The notes under the pieces were generated by a model. The model worked only from the letters and a program-made list of their open reading frames with translations, ran no database searches and was not told where the DNA came from. From contig JBGANV010000001.1 in NCBI GenBank assembly GCA_044222185.1, forward strand, positions 160,001 through 224,000: a stretch of 64,000 nucleotides of DNA. Direction: 5' to 3'. Positions 1 through 11,292 of this stretch are shown one piece after another. This DNA comes from Planctomycetota bacterium. Its GTDB lineage: Bacteria; Planctomycetota; GCA-002687715; CAIWVZ01. Numbering within the stretch: position 1 is the first letter of the stretch; each line of letters opens with the position of its first letter. The position numbers and the translations under genes were made by a program.

Positions 1-408
1 CCCATCCTTCCTGCGGCAATGTCGAACGGTGCCTCCGCCGGCCTCGGGCAGCGTGTCGGGCAGGTCGTCGGCCGCGGTGCGGCGCAGGCCGGCGCGACCG
101 TCGCAACGGTCGGGCAACGCATCCAGGACCTGTGGGACGTCGTGCGGACCGAAACCAGTGAGGCGGTGACGACTGCGCGCAACGCATACCAGCGCAACCG
201 TCCGATGACGCCGCCGCCCGGTTTCCCGTCGAGGCCCACTCCGCCGCCCGTGCCCCGCCGGCGCGGCTTCTTCCTGACGGTGTTTGGCGCGCCCTTTCGC
301 CTGGTGCGGTGGGTCTTCTCGAACCTCATCACGGTCGTCCTGACCTGCGCGATCGCCGGGGTCCTCATCGGGCTCGTCGATGTTGCCCTCGAAGCGCTGA
401 TCAGATAG
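1..408 (+). CDS. Hypothetical membrane protein, probably 5'-truncated by the window edge
   Basis: The frame is open from position 1. A Pro-rich linker precedes a C-terminal hydrophobic segment (LITVVLTCAIAGVLIGLVDV). It ends 9 nt before the ECF sigma gene. Confidence 0.6.
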   Translation, partial: PILPAAMSNGASAGLGQRVGQVVGRGAAQAGATVATVGQRIQDLWDVVRTETSEAVTTARNAYQRNRPMTPPPGFPSRPTPPPVPRRRGFFLTVFGAPFRLVRWVFSNLITVVLTCAIAGVLIGLVDVALEALIR

Positions 409-417
409 CCTCGCGCC

Positions 418-1056
418 GTGGGCGTCGCCGACTATGACATCACCAAGCTCCAGGCCCTCGACGAGGCCGAATGGAGCAAGCTTCGCGACGAGTATCACGA
501 CCGCGTGTTCGGGTACGTGAAGCGGCAGATCGCTGACCCGGAGCTCGCGGAGGACCTCACTCAGGACACGTTCCTCGGCGCCATCCGCGGCATCCGCGGA
601 TTCGACCGCCGCTACAACGTCGAGCAGTACCTCATGGGGATTGCTCGCAACAAGGTGATCGATCACCTGCGGAAGAAGCGCGCCGAGGTCAGCATCGCCG
701 ACAAGAACGAAGACTCGTCGGGGTTCTTCAACATCACACCATCTCCGACCGCTCGACGCCCAAGCCAGATCCACTCGGCGCGCGAGACGATTACGCGGCA
801 GAAGGACGCGCTCGTCGAGTGCCTCCACGACATGGTCCAGGACCTCAAGTCGAAGCGCGAGTTCAAGAAACTCATGGCGATCGAGCTGTGCTTCCTGAAA
901 GACTGGAAGCACCGCGCCATCGCCGAGAAGCTGGCGATCTCGGACGAGAAATCCATCGCCGGGATCAAGTTCAGGGCAATTCGTGACCTTCAGCAGCGAC
1001 TCATGAAGCGCGACCCGCGCAAGACGCTCTTCAGCGAGTTGTGGAGGCAGGGATGA
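418..1056 (+). CDS. ECF-type RNA polymerase sigma factor
   Basis: Region 2 motifs AEDLTQDTF and YLMGIARNKVIDHLRK. C-terminal HTH-like region 4 (HRAIAEKLAIS..IAGIKFRA). Confidence 0.9.
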   Translation: MGVADYDITKLQALDEAEWSKLRDEYHDRVFGYVKRQIADPELAEDLTQDTFLGAIRGIRGFDRRYNVEQYLMGIARNKVIDHLRKKRAEVSIADKNEDSSGFFNITPSPTARRPSQIHSARETITRQKDALVECLHDMVQDLKSKREFKKLMAIELCFLKDWKHRAIAEKLAISDEKSIAGIKFRAIRDLQQRLMKRDPRKTLFSELWRQG

Positions 1057-1472
1057 GGGACTGCCCGGAACTACGCGAGATCGCCCGTTTCGTCGAAACG
1101 GGAGAAGGTCCCAAGGACCTGGTCGATCACCTGAAGGTGTGCGACGCGTGCCAGGACGCCCGCGACAACCTGGAGGACGAGGTCACCAGCCTCCAGATCT
1201 CGATCTCGGAACTGTGGTTCCGCGAAGGCGTGTCCTGCGTCAGTCTCGAGGCGCTCCAGAAGTACGCAGCGCGCCAATTGCCGGCGGACGAGCAGGAATA
1301 CGTCGCGTTCCATCTGGAGACGCTCGAGTGCCGGACGTGCCAGGCCCGTCTCGGGGCGCACGAAACGGCAGCGTCACCCGAAGGTCGGCGTCGGATCACC
1401 CAGTCTCGATCCCGAGTCGCGGACGCGACGACGAGGCTCCTGGGGACGCTCCGAAAAGAACAGCGCCCTTGA
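1053..1472 (+). CDS. Putative soluble zinc-binding anti-sigma factor with two ZAS-like motifs
   Basis: ATGA overlap with the sigma stop codon. Motifs HLKVCDAC and HLETLECRTC. No transmembrane segment. Confidence 0.7.
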   Translation: MRDCPELREIARFVETGEGPKDLVDHLKVCDACQDARDNLEDEVTSLQISISELWFREGVSCVSLEALQKYAARQLPADEQEYVAFHLETLECRTCQARLGAHETAASPEGRRRITQSRSRVADATTRLLGTLRKEQRP

Positions 1473-1657
1473 TCCGGCGGCCGGGCGAGAGCGCCCGACT
1501 CCATGGTCGTTCCCCGCGCCGTCCGGCCCCCATCCCACGATTTTTCGTCGCCCGTAATACCGCCAGGGTGCCTACGTATGCGTCCCCCATCGGCCGGGAA
1601 TCGACGGTGGGTGATCCCCCCGCAAAATGAACCCGGAAACGCACAGGAGTTGCATCC

Positions 1658-2476
1658 ATGTTCAAGAAGCTGGTGATTGGGTCGGTGGTGTTCGCGGGTC
1701 TGGCGTTCTTGTTCCTGGGGCCGGCGGTCGTGTCGCACGCCCGGCATGCGTTCGGGTCCGTTCGCGAGGGCGTGCAGGGCGCGTTCCCCATCGAATACGA
1801 ACTCCAGCGGGCAGAGCGGATGATCCAGGACGTCGCGCCGGAGATCGAGAAGGCCAAACACTCCGTGGCGGAAGAGCAGGTCGAGATCTCCTACCTCGAG
1901 CAGGAGGTCACCCGGCTCGAGAAGCGCATCTCTGACTCGGAGCGCAAGGTCAAGTTGCAGAACGCCTCCATGAAGACGGGGGAGACGTCCTTCACCTTCG
2001 CGGGGCGCCAGTACACCCGCAACCAACTGGAGAACGACCTGCGGCTGACGTTCGACGAGTTCAAGAACGACCAGCAGCTGATCGGCAGCAAGAAGAAACT
2101 CCTCGAGGCCCGGACCGGGGCGCTCCAAGCCGCGATCCAGAGGCTCGAGGCCGTGCGGGCGCAGGAAGGCCAGCTCCGCGCGAACGTCGAGAACCTTCGT
2201 GCGCGGCTCCGTCACACGCAGGCCATCGAGGCGTGCAGTGGGAAGATCACCCTCGACGACGGCGCGCTCGCCCAGGCGAAGGAGATTCTCGCCCGGTGCC
2301 AGAAGCGGATCGACGTCGCGTCGAAGGTGATCGAGAACGAGGGTGCCCGTCCGGGGGCGATCGCGCCCGAGGCCATGGATGTCCGTGACATCACTGCGGA
2401 GGTCGACCGGTACTTCACGCAGCCCGCGCAGGCGCCGACCGTCGATGCGACGGCCTCCGCCCGCCTCGAGCGGTGA
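1658..2476 (+). CDS. Signal-anchored long coiled-coil protein, PspA/IM30-like
   Basis: SD AGGAG upstream. N-terminal MFKKL plus a hydrophobic helix, then heptad-rich helices interrupted by a short beta-hairpin-like segment (TSFTFAGRQYT). Confidence 0.6.
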   Translation: MFKKLVIGSVVFAGLAFLFLGPAVVSHARHAFGSVREGVQGAFPIEYELQRAERMIQDVAPEIEKAKHSVAEEQVEISYLEQEVTRLEKRISDSERKVKLQNASMKTGETSFTFAGRQYTRNQLENDLRLTFDEFKNDQQLIGSKKKLLEARTGALQAAIQRLEAVRAQEGQLRANVENLRARLRHTQAIEACSGKITLDDGALAQAKEILARCQKRIDVASKVIENEGARPGAIAPEAMDVRDITAEVDRYFTQPAQAPTVDATASARLER

Positions 2477-2508
2477 GCCACTGAGCGCGGTTCGTTCCGC
2501 GACTGAAG

Positions 2509-2550
2509 GAAGGCCGTCCGGCGTACCCGCCGACGGCCTTCGTCGTTTTT
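2509..2550 (+). terminator. Rho-independent terminator
   Basis: Inverted repeat GAAGGCCGTC-CGGCG / CGCCG-ACGGCCTTC followed by GTCGTTTTT, just downstream of 1658..2476. Confidence 0.75.
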
Positions 2551-2694
2551 GCATCGAACGCAGGCCTGCGCACCGCGTCGGCGCGGGACTGGCTTCTTGT
2601 TCACGACGCGCCGGCGTCGGAAGATCGGCCACAGGCGGTCGCCGCTCGGCAGGCCGCACCACCGCCGTCTTCAGGTCAAAGGAGGACCCGTACC

Positions 2695-3534
2695 GTGACC
2701 GACTCCACCAACCCAGGCCCCCAGAGTCCGGCCCCTGCACCGGCCCCCGCCACGGCGACGGATTTCGCCATTCGCGAGATCGCCGCCAAGCGCGAGGCGA
2801 AGAAGCCGTCGCACGTGAGTGAACGGGAGTGGCAGCGGCACCGGTGCGCGGCGGGCACGATGGTGCTCATCCGCAGCCACTTCAAATCGATCTACCTCAT
2901 CCCGATGGCGGTGCTTTCACTGCTCTGCGGGATCTGGATGGTCTTCACGGACCCGGGCACGGCTGCCGATCCCCACGGCGTGTCCTACAAGATCGGGCTC
3001 GTCTGGATCCTGGCGTTCGTGTTCTACATGAACATCTTCATCTTCGAGTGGTCGCGAACCTGGACCTACGTCCTCCTGGCGACCATCCTCGCGCTCGTAT
3101 TCCTGGGGTTTGCGGTGAACGGCCCCGGATTCCCGGTCTGGCAGAAGGTCCGGGACGTGATCGGGGTGAGCCGCTTCGAGTTCTCGGCGCAGTCGTACTT
3201 CTTCTTCGCCATCTACTTCGCGTTTTGCGCCACTCTCTCGTGGCTGAAAACACGCTTGAACTACGTGGTCGTCGAGCACAACGAGATGCAGATGCACCGA
3301 AACGCCCTCTTCGGGGATCGGGAGCGTGTGTCCCTCCTCAACCCGCGGATCGAGGTTCGCGTTCCTGACATGCTGGAGTACTTCCACCCGTTGTATCGGG
3401 CCGGCCAGATCATCATCCACGCGCCCGACAGGACGATCGTCCTCGACAACGTCCTGCACATCCGCGCGATCGAGCGCACGCTCGACCACCTCACGGGGAC
3501 GTTGAGCGTGCAGGTCGAGAAGCCCGCAACTTGA
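2695..3534 (+). CDS. Integral membrane protein (about 4 TM) with a C-terminal soluble, possibly bacterial PH-like, domain
   Basis: SD AGGAGG before the GTG start. Four hydrophobic segments. The C-terminal part reads NYVVV...AGQIIIH...VLDNVLHI. Confidence 0.6.
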   Translation: MTDSTNPGPQSPAPAPAPATATDFAIREIAAKREAKKPSHVSEREWQRHRCAAGTMVLIRSHFKSIYLIPMAVLSLLCGIWMVFTDPGTAADPHGVSYKIGLVWILAFVFYMNIFIFEWSRTWTYVLLATILALVFLGFAVNGPGFPVWQKVRDVIGVSRFEFSAQSYFFFAIYFAFCATLSWLKTRLNYVVVEHNEMQMHRNALFGDRERVSLLNPRIEVRVPDMLEYFHPLYRAGQIIIHAPDRTIVLDNVLHIRAIERTLDHLTGTLSVQVEKPAT

Positions 3535-3570
3535 TCTCCCTCATCCCTTTCCGCGACATGCGCCGAACGT

Positions 3571-5454
3571 ATGATTCGGCGCATGAAGCGCGAAGAGGCG
3601 ATCCAGCAGTCCGCCGTTCACGAGTGGGGTGAGTCCTACTTCTCCATCGACGAGAGCGGTTTCGTGTGCGTCCGACCCAAGCAGTCGGACGAGCTCTCCG
3701 TCCGGCTCGTGGATGTGGTCGAGGAACTGCGCCGCCGCGGTTTCCGGTCACCGTTCCTGCTGCGGTTCCCTCAGATACTGCGGCACCGCGTTGCTCGCCT
3801 GAACGAGGCGTTCGCGGCGGCGATCAAGGAGTTCGACTATCCGAAGCACTATCAGGGCGTGCTGCCGGTCAAGGTGAACCAGCAGCGCGTGGTCGTCGAG
3901 GCCGTGGTGGAGGAGAGCGCCACCTATCGGTACGGACTCGAGGCTGGGAGCAAGGGCGAGCTCGTTCTCGCATTGACGATGACGCTCCATCCGGACGCGC
4001 TCATCATCTGCAACGGCTTCAAAGACCGCGACTACATCGAGCTCGCGCTTCGCGGATCACTCGCCGGGACGCAGGTCGTGCTCATCTCCGAGACGATCCA
4101 CGAGGTTCGCGAGGTCGTTGCGATCGCAAAGGACGTAGGGATCCGTCCGCGGATCGGGTTCCGCGCGCGCCTGCACAGCGCTGGCGTAGGCAAATGGCAG
4201 GATTCGGGGGGCTCACACGCGAAGTTCGGCCTCTCCACCTCGGAGCTGCTCGAAGCCCTGAACTTCCTCCAGGAGGTCGGCTACCTCGATTGCGTCGCCT
4301 GCCTCCACTTCCACATCGGGTCGCAGATCTGCGACATTCGCGCCGTGAAGGAGGCCGTGAAGGAGGCGACGCGCCTCTACTGCCATGTGAAACGCCGCGC
4401 GCCATCGTTGTACTTTCTCGATCTGGGCGGCGGCCTCGGCGTCGACTATGACGGAACGAGCACGAGCACGGACTGGAGCCTCAACTACACGATGGAAGGC
4501 TACTGCCGTGACGCGGTCTACAACGTGAAGATGATCTGCGACCAGGAGGAAGTCGATCCACCGATCCTCGTGACTGAGAGCGGGCGTTCGGTCCTCGCGT
4601 ACCACGCGGTAACCGTGGTGACGCCGCTGAAGGTCATCGGTCGGACGCCCCAGGCGCCTCCACCGGTGCTGCCGCCTGAAGCCTGTCACCAGGTCCGCGA
4701 GCTCAAGTCCACGCTCGAAGAACTGCGGAAGAACAACTGCCGCGAGCTGATCAACGACGGCCGGGCGCTGCACGCCGAACTCATCTCCGGGTTCAAGCTC
4801 GGCTTCGTCACGCTCGAAGATCGAGCGGCGGGGGAGGCGCTGTTCGTGGACCTCTGCATCAAGGCGCTTCAGATCTGGGATCGCGCCGACGCCTCCGACG
4901 AGGAGCTCCGGGAGCTCGAAGAGATGACGGCCCCGCGGTTCGTCTGCAATTTCTCGATCTTCCAGAGCGTTCCCGACACGTGGGCGTTCCGGCAGGTCTT
5001 CCCGGTCCTGCCGCTGGCGCGGATGCTCGAGGATCCGATCACCCATGCCACCGTGGGCGACATCACGTGCGACTCCGACGGGCGCATCGACGAATTCGTG
5101 GGCAATTGCGGACTGCGACGGACGCTCCCGCTCCCGACGTTGAACGTCGACGAGCCCTTCCACATCGGGATCTTCCTCGTGGGCGCGTATCAGGACACGC
5201 TCGGCGATTACCACAACCTCTTCGGTGCGGCGAACGAGGCGGCCGTCATCGTGAACGAGGGCGGATCGTTCAACGTCGTCCACCAGTATCGTGGGACGAC
5301 CGTGGCCGAGGCGCTGGAAGCCTTCGGCTACCAGCTCTCGATGTTGCGCGCGCGATTCGACGAACGCTATGGCGGAGACGACTCCGTGGACATGGTCCGC
5401 TACCGGGACTGTTTCATGCGGATCGTGTCGTCAGGCACCTACCTGAAGCGCTGA
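3571..5454 (+). CDS. speA: Biosynthetic arginine decarboxylase
   Basis: PLP-lysine motif PVKVNQ, plus GLEAGSKGEL, LHFHIGSQI, DLGGGLGVDYDG, DITCDSDG and GAYQDTLGDYHNLFG. Confidence 0.95.
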   Translation: MIRRMKREEAIQQSAVHEWGESYFSIDESGFVCVRPKQSDELSVRLVDVVEELRRRGFRSPFLLRFPQILRHRVARLNEAFAAAIKEFDYPKHYQGVLPVKVNQQRVVVEAVVEESATYRYGLEAGSKGELVLALTMTLHPDALIICNGFKDRDYIELALRGSLAGTQVVLISETIHEVREVVAIAKDVGIRPRIGFRARLHSAGVGKWQDSGGSHAKFGLSTSELLEALNFLQEVGYLDCVACLHFHIGSQICDIRAVKEAVKEATRLYCHVKRRAPSLYFLDLGGGLGVDYDGTSTSTDWSLNYTMEGYCRDAVYNVKMICDQEEVDPPILVTESGRSVLAYHAVTVVTPLKVIGRTPQAPPPVLPPEACHQVRELKSTLEELRKNNCRELINDGRALHAELISGFKLGFVTLEDRAAGEALFVDLCIKALQIWDRADASDEELRELEEMTAPRFVCNFSIFQSVPDTWAFRQVFPVLPLARMLEDPITHATVGDITCDSDGRIDEFVGNCGLRRTLPLPTLNVDEPFHIGIFLVGAYQDTLGDYHNLFGAANEAAVIVNEGGSFNVVHQYRGTTVAEALEAFGYQLSMLRARFDERYGGDDSVDMVRYRDCFMRIVSSGTYLKR

Positions 5455-5455
5455 T

Positions 5456-7327
5456 TCACATGCGATCGACCATCGCGATTCCGAGGAGCGCGCACCCGCG
5501 CTCCAGGACGTTCGCCGTGGCGGAGGAGATCAGCAGCCGGGAGTGCTTCAACGCATCCGGCGTCGCACGGAGCACCGGCACCTCCTGGTAGTAGGCGTTG
5601 TAGGCCTGCGCGAGGTCATGCAGATAGGTGCAGACGACGGCAGGACTGAACTCGGCCGCGGCTCGGGCCGTCGCACGGTTGAAGCGCAACAACGCCCGGG
5701 CGAGTGCCACCTCCGTCGGGGCCCCGAGCAAGGTCGGATCGAAGTTTCCGACCGCCGATTTCAGGTCGAGTCCCGAGTCGCGGAGCATCCGCCGGATTCT
5801 CGCGAACGTGTAGAGGATGTACGGCCCGGTGTCCCCGTCGAACGACACGGACTCCTTCGGGTTGTAGACCATCGTGCTCACCGGGTTCACCTTGAGCAGC
5901 ATGAAACGGAGCGCCGCGAGCGCAATCTTTTCGGAGCGCGCAGACAACTCGTCGGTCGTGACCTCCGGGTCTCGGTTCTTGATCTCGTCCTTCGCGAGCG
6001 CAGACACCTCGTCCAGGAGGTCGTCCGCATCCACGACAGTGCCTTCCCGTGACTTCATCCGTCCTTCGGGGAGGTTCACGAGTCCGTAGGCCAGATGGTG
6101 GCAGCCCTTCGCCCACGGGTAACCCATGAGCTCCAGGATCTTGAAGAGGACCTTGAAGTGGTGCTTTTGCTCGTCGGCGACGACCCAGGTCTGTCCGTCG
6201 GCATTCCACTGTTCGGCCTTCTGTACCGTCGTCCCGATGTCCTGCGTGATGTAGACCGACGTGCCGTCCGAGCGCAGCACGACCTTCTTGCCGAGCCCGT
6301 GCGCCGACAGGTCGATCTCGACCGCGCCGTCAGCGCGCTTCTGGAATATGCCACGCTCGAGCGCGTCCAGGATGAGGTCTCGCCCGAGCTTGTACGTCTC
6401 GCTTTCGAGGTAGATCCGGTCGAATGCGATCCCGAGTCTCGCGTACGTCTCGTTGAACCCGTCGAACACCCACCCGTTCATCGTCTTCCAGAGATTCACC
6501 GTCGCGGGATCGCCACGTTCCCATTGCCGCAACATCTCCTGCGCCGCCGCTCCGAGCGGGATCTTCCCGAAGCCTTCCTCCTTGAACGACGATCGCCACT
6601 CCTTCGCGACCTCTTCGACGGGGCGCGGCTGCCCCTTGCGGTCGACGGCATGCGTGCGGACGTACTCGTCTCGCTCGGCCTCGTGAGTTGCGACGTACTC
6701 GTCGACCTCCTTCTGGAACGCCTTCTCGAACTCGACGTAGAAGCGTCCGACGAGGTGGTCGCCCTTCGTCCCCGACGTTTGGGGCGTCACGCCGTTGCCG
6801 AACCGCTGGTACGCGAGCATCGACTTGCAGATGTGGATGCCGCGATCGTTGATGAGGTTCACCTTCGTCACGTTCGCGCCCGCGTTCGCGAGCAGTCGCG
6901 AGACGGAGTCGCCGAGGAAGTTGTTGCGCAGGTGCCCCAGGTGCTGCGGCTTGTTCGTGTTCGGTGCCGAAAACTCGACGAGAAGGCGCCGCCCGTCGCA
7001 AACCGAGTTGCGGCCGGCCGCCGTTGCATCGAGCACTGCCGCTGGGATGGCCGAGCGGAAGAGGGCCGCGCGGTCGACGGTGACGTTCACGTAACCCGAG
7101 ACGGCCGTCGCCGCGATGATCGAACCTCGGCCCACGAGCCTCGGTGCCAACTCGGCGGCGAGAATCGGCGGCGCCTTTCGAAGCGATTTCGCCAGATGAA
7201 AGCAATTGACGGTGAAGTCACCGAAGGACGCGTCCTCGGGAAACTCGACCGAGATCGCGGGCACTTCAGCGCCCGTCATTTCCTTCAGCGCCGCGCGCGC
7301 GGTCTGCCCGATTTCGTCGATGATCAT
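5456..7327 (-). CDS. argS: Arginine--tRNA ligase
   Basis: EFSAPNTNKPQHLGHLRN (HIGH), RMKSREG (KMSKS), GDTGPYILY and C-terminal DRM. Start reassigned to MIIDEIG at 7327. Confidence 0.95.
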   Translation of the reverse strand: MIIDEIGQTARAALKEMTGAEVPAISVEFPEDASFGDFTVNCFHLAKSLRKAPPILAAELAPRLVGRGSIIAATAVSGYVNVTVDRAALFRSAIPAAVLDATAAGRNSVCDGRRLLVEFSAPNTNKPQHLGHLRNNFLGDSVSRLLANAGANVTKVNLINDRGIHICKSMLAYQRFGNGVTPQTSGTKGDHLVGRFYVEFEKAFQKEVDEYVATHEAERDEYVRTHAVDRKGQPRPVEEVAKEWRSSFKEEGFGKIPLGAAAQEMLRQWERGDPATVNLWKTMNGWVFDGFNETYARLGIAFDRIYLESETYKLGRDLILDALERGIFQKRADGAVEIDLSAHGLGKKVVLRSDGTSVYITQDIGTTVQKAEQWNADGQTWVVADEQKHHFKVLFKILELMGYPWAKGCHHLAYGLVNLPEGRMKSREGTVVDADDLLDEVSALAKDEIKNRDPEVTTDELSARSEKIALAALRFMLLKVNPVSTMVYNPKESVSFDGDTGPYILYTFARIRRMLRDSGLDLKSAVGNFDPTLLGAPTEVALARALLRFNRATARAAAEFSPAVVCTYLHDLAQAYNAYYQEVPVLRATPDALKHSRLLISSATANVLERGCALLGIAMVDRM

Positions 7328-7412
7328 GTGTTGTTCGCTCGTCCCTGCGACGGTTGGCTCGGTCGCGAAGGCCGGTATTCTACGGCCGCACTTCGAGCCA
7401 AGAAGGAGCCTG

Positions 7413-8309
7413 ATGACGCTCGTGTCCAGCGACGAACGCTCCGTGATCATGACCGCGCCACGGCGGTCAGAGCCACGTCGCGTGCTCATGTGCAGTCCCG
7501 AATCCTTCGACGTCGCGTACGCGATCAACCCCCACATGCGTGACGAGAACGGCGACCTGCAGCGGGTCGACGCGCACGCAGCCCGGGCGCAATGGGAAGC
7601 CCTGCGTCGGGCCTACGGATCGCTTGGGCTCGCCGTCGACGTGATCCCCGGTGTTCCTGGCTTGCCCGACATGGTGTTCGCCGCCAACCAGACCCTCCCG
7701 TTTCGCACTAAAACCGGGTCTCCCGCGGTCCTCCTGTCGAACATGCACCACGAGGAACGACGACCAGAGGTCGCCCATTTCGCCGCCTGGTTCAAGGCCC
7801 GCGGGTTCGACGTTCGATCCCTACCTCGTGAAGCCGTCGGTGATTTCGAAGGGAATGGCGATGTGCTCTGGTTCCCCGGGCGCGAGGTCGTCTTCGGAGG
7901 GTTCGGTTACCGGACGTCGCGTTCTGCGCTCGCGTCGATCGCCGACGTCATCGAGAGACCGTTGATCCCGCTCGAACTCGTGGACCCGCGCTTCTACCAC
8001 CTGGACACGTGTCTGTGCCCGCTCGATTCATCCCGAGCACTCGCCGTGCGCGACGCCTTCACTGCGGCCTCCTGGGCCGTGCTCGAGGCCTGTTTCGAGA
8101 CCTTGATCGAGCCACCGCTGAACGAATGTGCGGCATCCTTTGCCTGCAACGGGCATTGCCCCGACGGCCAGAACGTCGTCATCGACCTCAGTGCGACGGC
8201 GACGATCGCGCGTCTTCGAGGGTTGGGGTTCACGCCACACCCCGTCGACACGTCCGAGTTCCGCAAGTCGGGGGGATCCGTGTTCTGCCTGAAGATGATG
8301 TTCGACTGA
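7413..8309 (+). CDS. Amidinotransferase / dimethylarginine dimethylaminohydrolase (pentein) family enzyme
   Basis: YAINPHM, PDMVFAAN, FEGNGD, FYHLDT and catalytic Cys in SGGSVFC. SD AGGAG before the ATG at 7413. Confidence 0.85.
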   Translation: MTLVSSDERSVIMTAPRRSEPRRVLMCSPESFDVAYAINPHMRDENGDLQRVDAHAARAQWEALRRAYGSLGLAVDVIPGVPGLPDMVFAANQTLPFRTKTGSPAVLLSNMHHEERRPEVAHFAAWFKARGFDVRSLPREAVGDFEGNGDVLWFPGREVVFGGFGYRTSRSALASIADVIERPLIPLELVDPRFYHLDTCLCPLDSSRALAVRDAFTAASWAVLEACFETLIEPPLNECAASFACNGHCPDGQNVVIDLSATATIARLRGLGFTPHPVDTSEFRKSGGSVFCLKMMFD

Positions 8310-8330
8310 CCGCGAAGGGACGCCGGAAAC

Positions 8331-9191
8331 ATGAAGGATTTCAGAAGCCACGACACCTGGATGGTCTTCAAGATCATGGGCGAGTTCGTGGAAGGGTTCG
8401 AGACGCTGCGCCGGCTCGGCCCGGCCGTCTCGATCTTCGGTGGCGCCCGTTTCGGGGAAACCGACCCGCACTACCGGATGGCCGTCGACATCGCGGAGCG
8501 CGTCGCGCGCGCCGGCTACGCGATCATCACTGGTGGGGGACCGGGGGTCATGGAAGCCGCGAACCGCGGAGCGTCGCTCGCCGGCGCGAAGTCCGTGGGG
8601 CTGAACATCAAGCTCCCGTTCGAACAGGGGGCGAACAAGTTCGCGAACACGAAGGTCGAGTTCGACTACTTCTTCGCCCGTAAGGTGATGTTCATCCGTT
8701 ACGCCCAGGCATACATCTGCCTGCCGGGCGGATTCGGCACGCTCGACGAGGTCTTCGAAGCCCTCACACTGATCCAGACCGCCAAGATCCGGAACTTCCC
8801 CGTCATCCTCGTGGGACGGACGTTCTGGCGTGGGTTGCTGGATTGGATCGACTCGACGCTGGTCCCCCTCAAGACGATCAGCCCGGACGATCGCGCGATC
8901 TACACCGTCGTCGACACCGCTGAGGAGGTCCTGGAGGTCATCCGGCAAAGCCGCATGAGGACGCGCCGAGAGCTCCGGCGTGGAGGCTCCGACCGGGAGA
9001 TCCGCCCGGGCCTGGAGACGGGTCCGCGCGAACCGACGAACGGCTCAGCGGAGGCGGATCCTGGCGTCGGGTTCGGTTTGGGTCCCGCAGCTGCGGCTTC
9101 AGCCGAGCCGGTCGACGCGCCGCCCGATCCGGGCGCCGCCAACCTCCGCGTGAAGCGCACGCGGGCGCGTCGCGGCGCCGGCCGACGCTGA
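8331..9191 (+). CDS. LOG-family nucleotide 5'-monophosphate nucleosidase (TIGR00730-type)
   Basis: GGGPGVMEAANRGA, YFFARKVMF and PGGFGTLDE signature. Disordered C-terminal tail. Confidence 0.9.
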   Translation: MKDFRSHDTWMVFKIMGEFVEGFETLRRLGPAVSIFGGARFGETDPHYRMAVDIAERVARAGYAIITGGGPGVMEAANRGASLAGAKSVGLNIKLPFEQGANKFANTKVEFDYFFARKVMFIRYAQAYICLPGGFGTLDEVFEALTLIQTAKIRNFPVILVGRTFWRGLLDWIDSTLVPLKTISPDDRAIYTVVDTAEEVLEVIRQSRMRTRRELRRGGSDREIRPGLETGPREPTNGSAEADPGVGFGLGPAAAASAEPVDAPPDPGAANLRVKRTRARRGAGRR

Positions 9192-9296
9192 ACGAATCTT
9201 GAACGGGGGGGCGCAACCCGACAGAGTAGCCGCCGCGCGCGAGCAGCAGTCCTTGGAGACGTAGCCAGGACCGCGCGGGTTTCCGCCCTCACTCCG

Positions 9297-11138
<1,842 letters not shown>

Positions 11139-11292
11139 GCGAGACTTCCGCGGGCGCGCCGTGGTCTGAGTTGCGGTCGCGGATCGTGCCGCCGTGTCGC
11201 ATGCGCGCCCAGCGCGCGGCGCTGTCGTCGCTCGCCGAGCAGCGGACCCGCACCCCGACTTCGCGCAGGTGGTCGGTGGCCGGCGACTCGCC

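Noticed and set aside
8307-8333. In-frame TGA junction between the amidinotransferase and LOG genes; similar in-frame junctions at 3534/3571, 44117/44127, 47096/47106 and 53336/53343
   Set aside because: Both partners are complete proteins of known or self-contained families, with no redox-type Cys motif at the TGA. LOG has its own SD. These are ordinary stops, unlike the TGA at 42628-42630.
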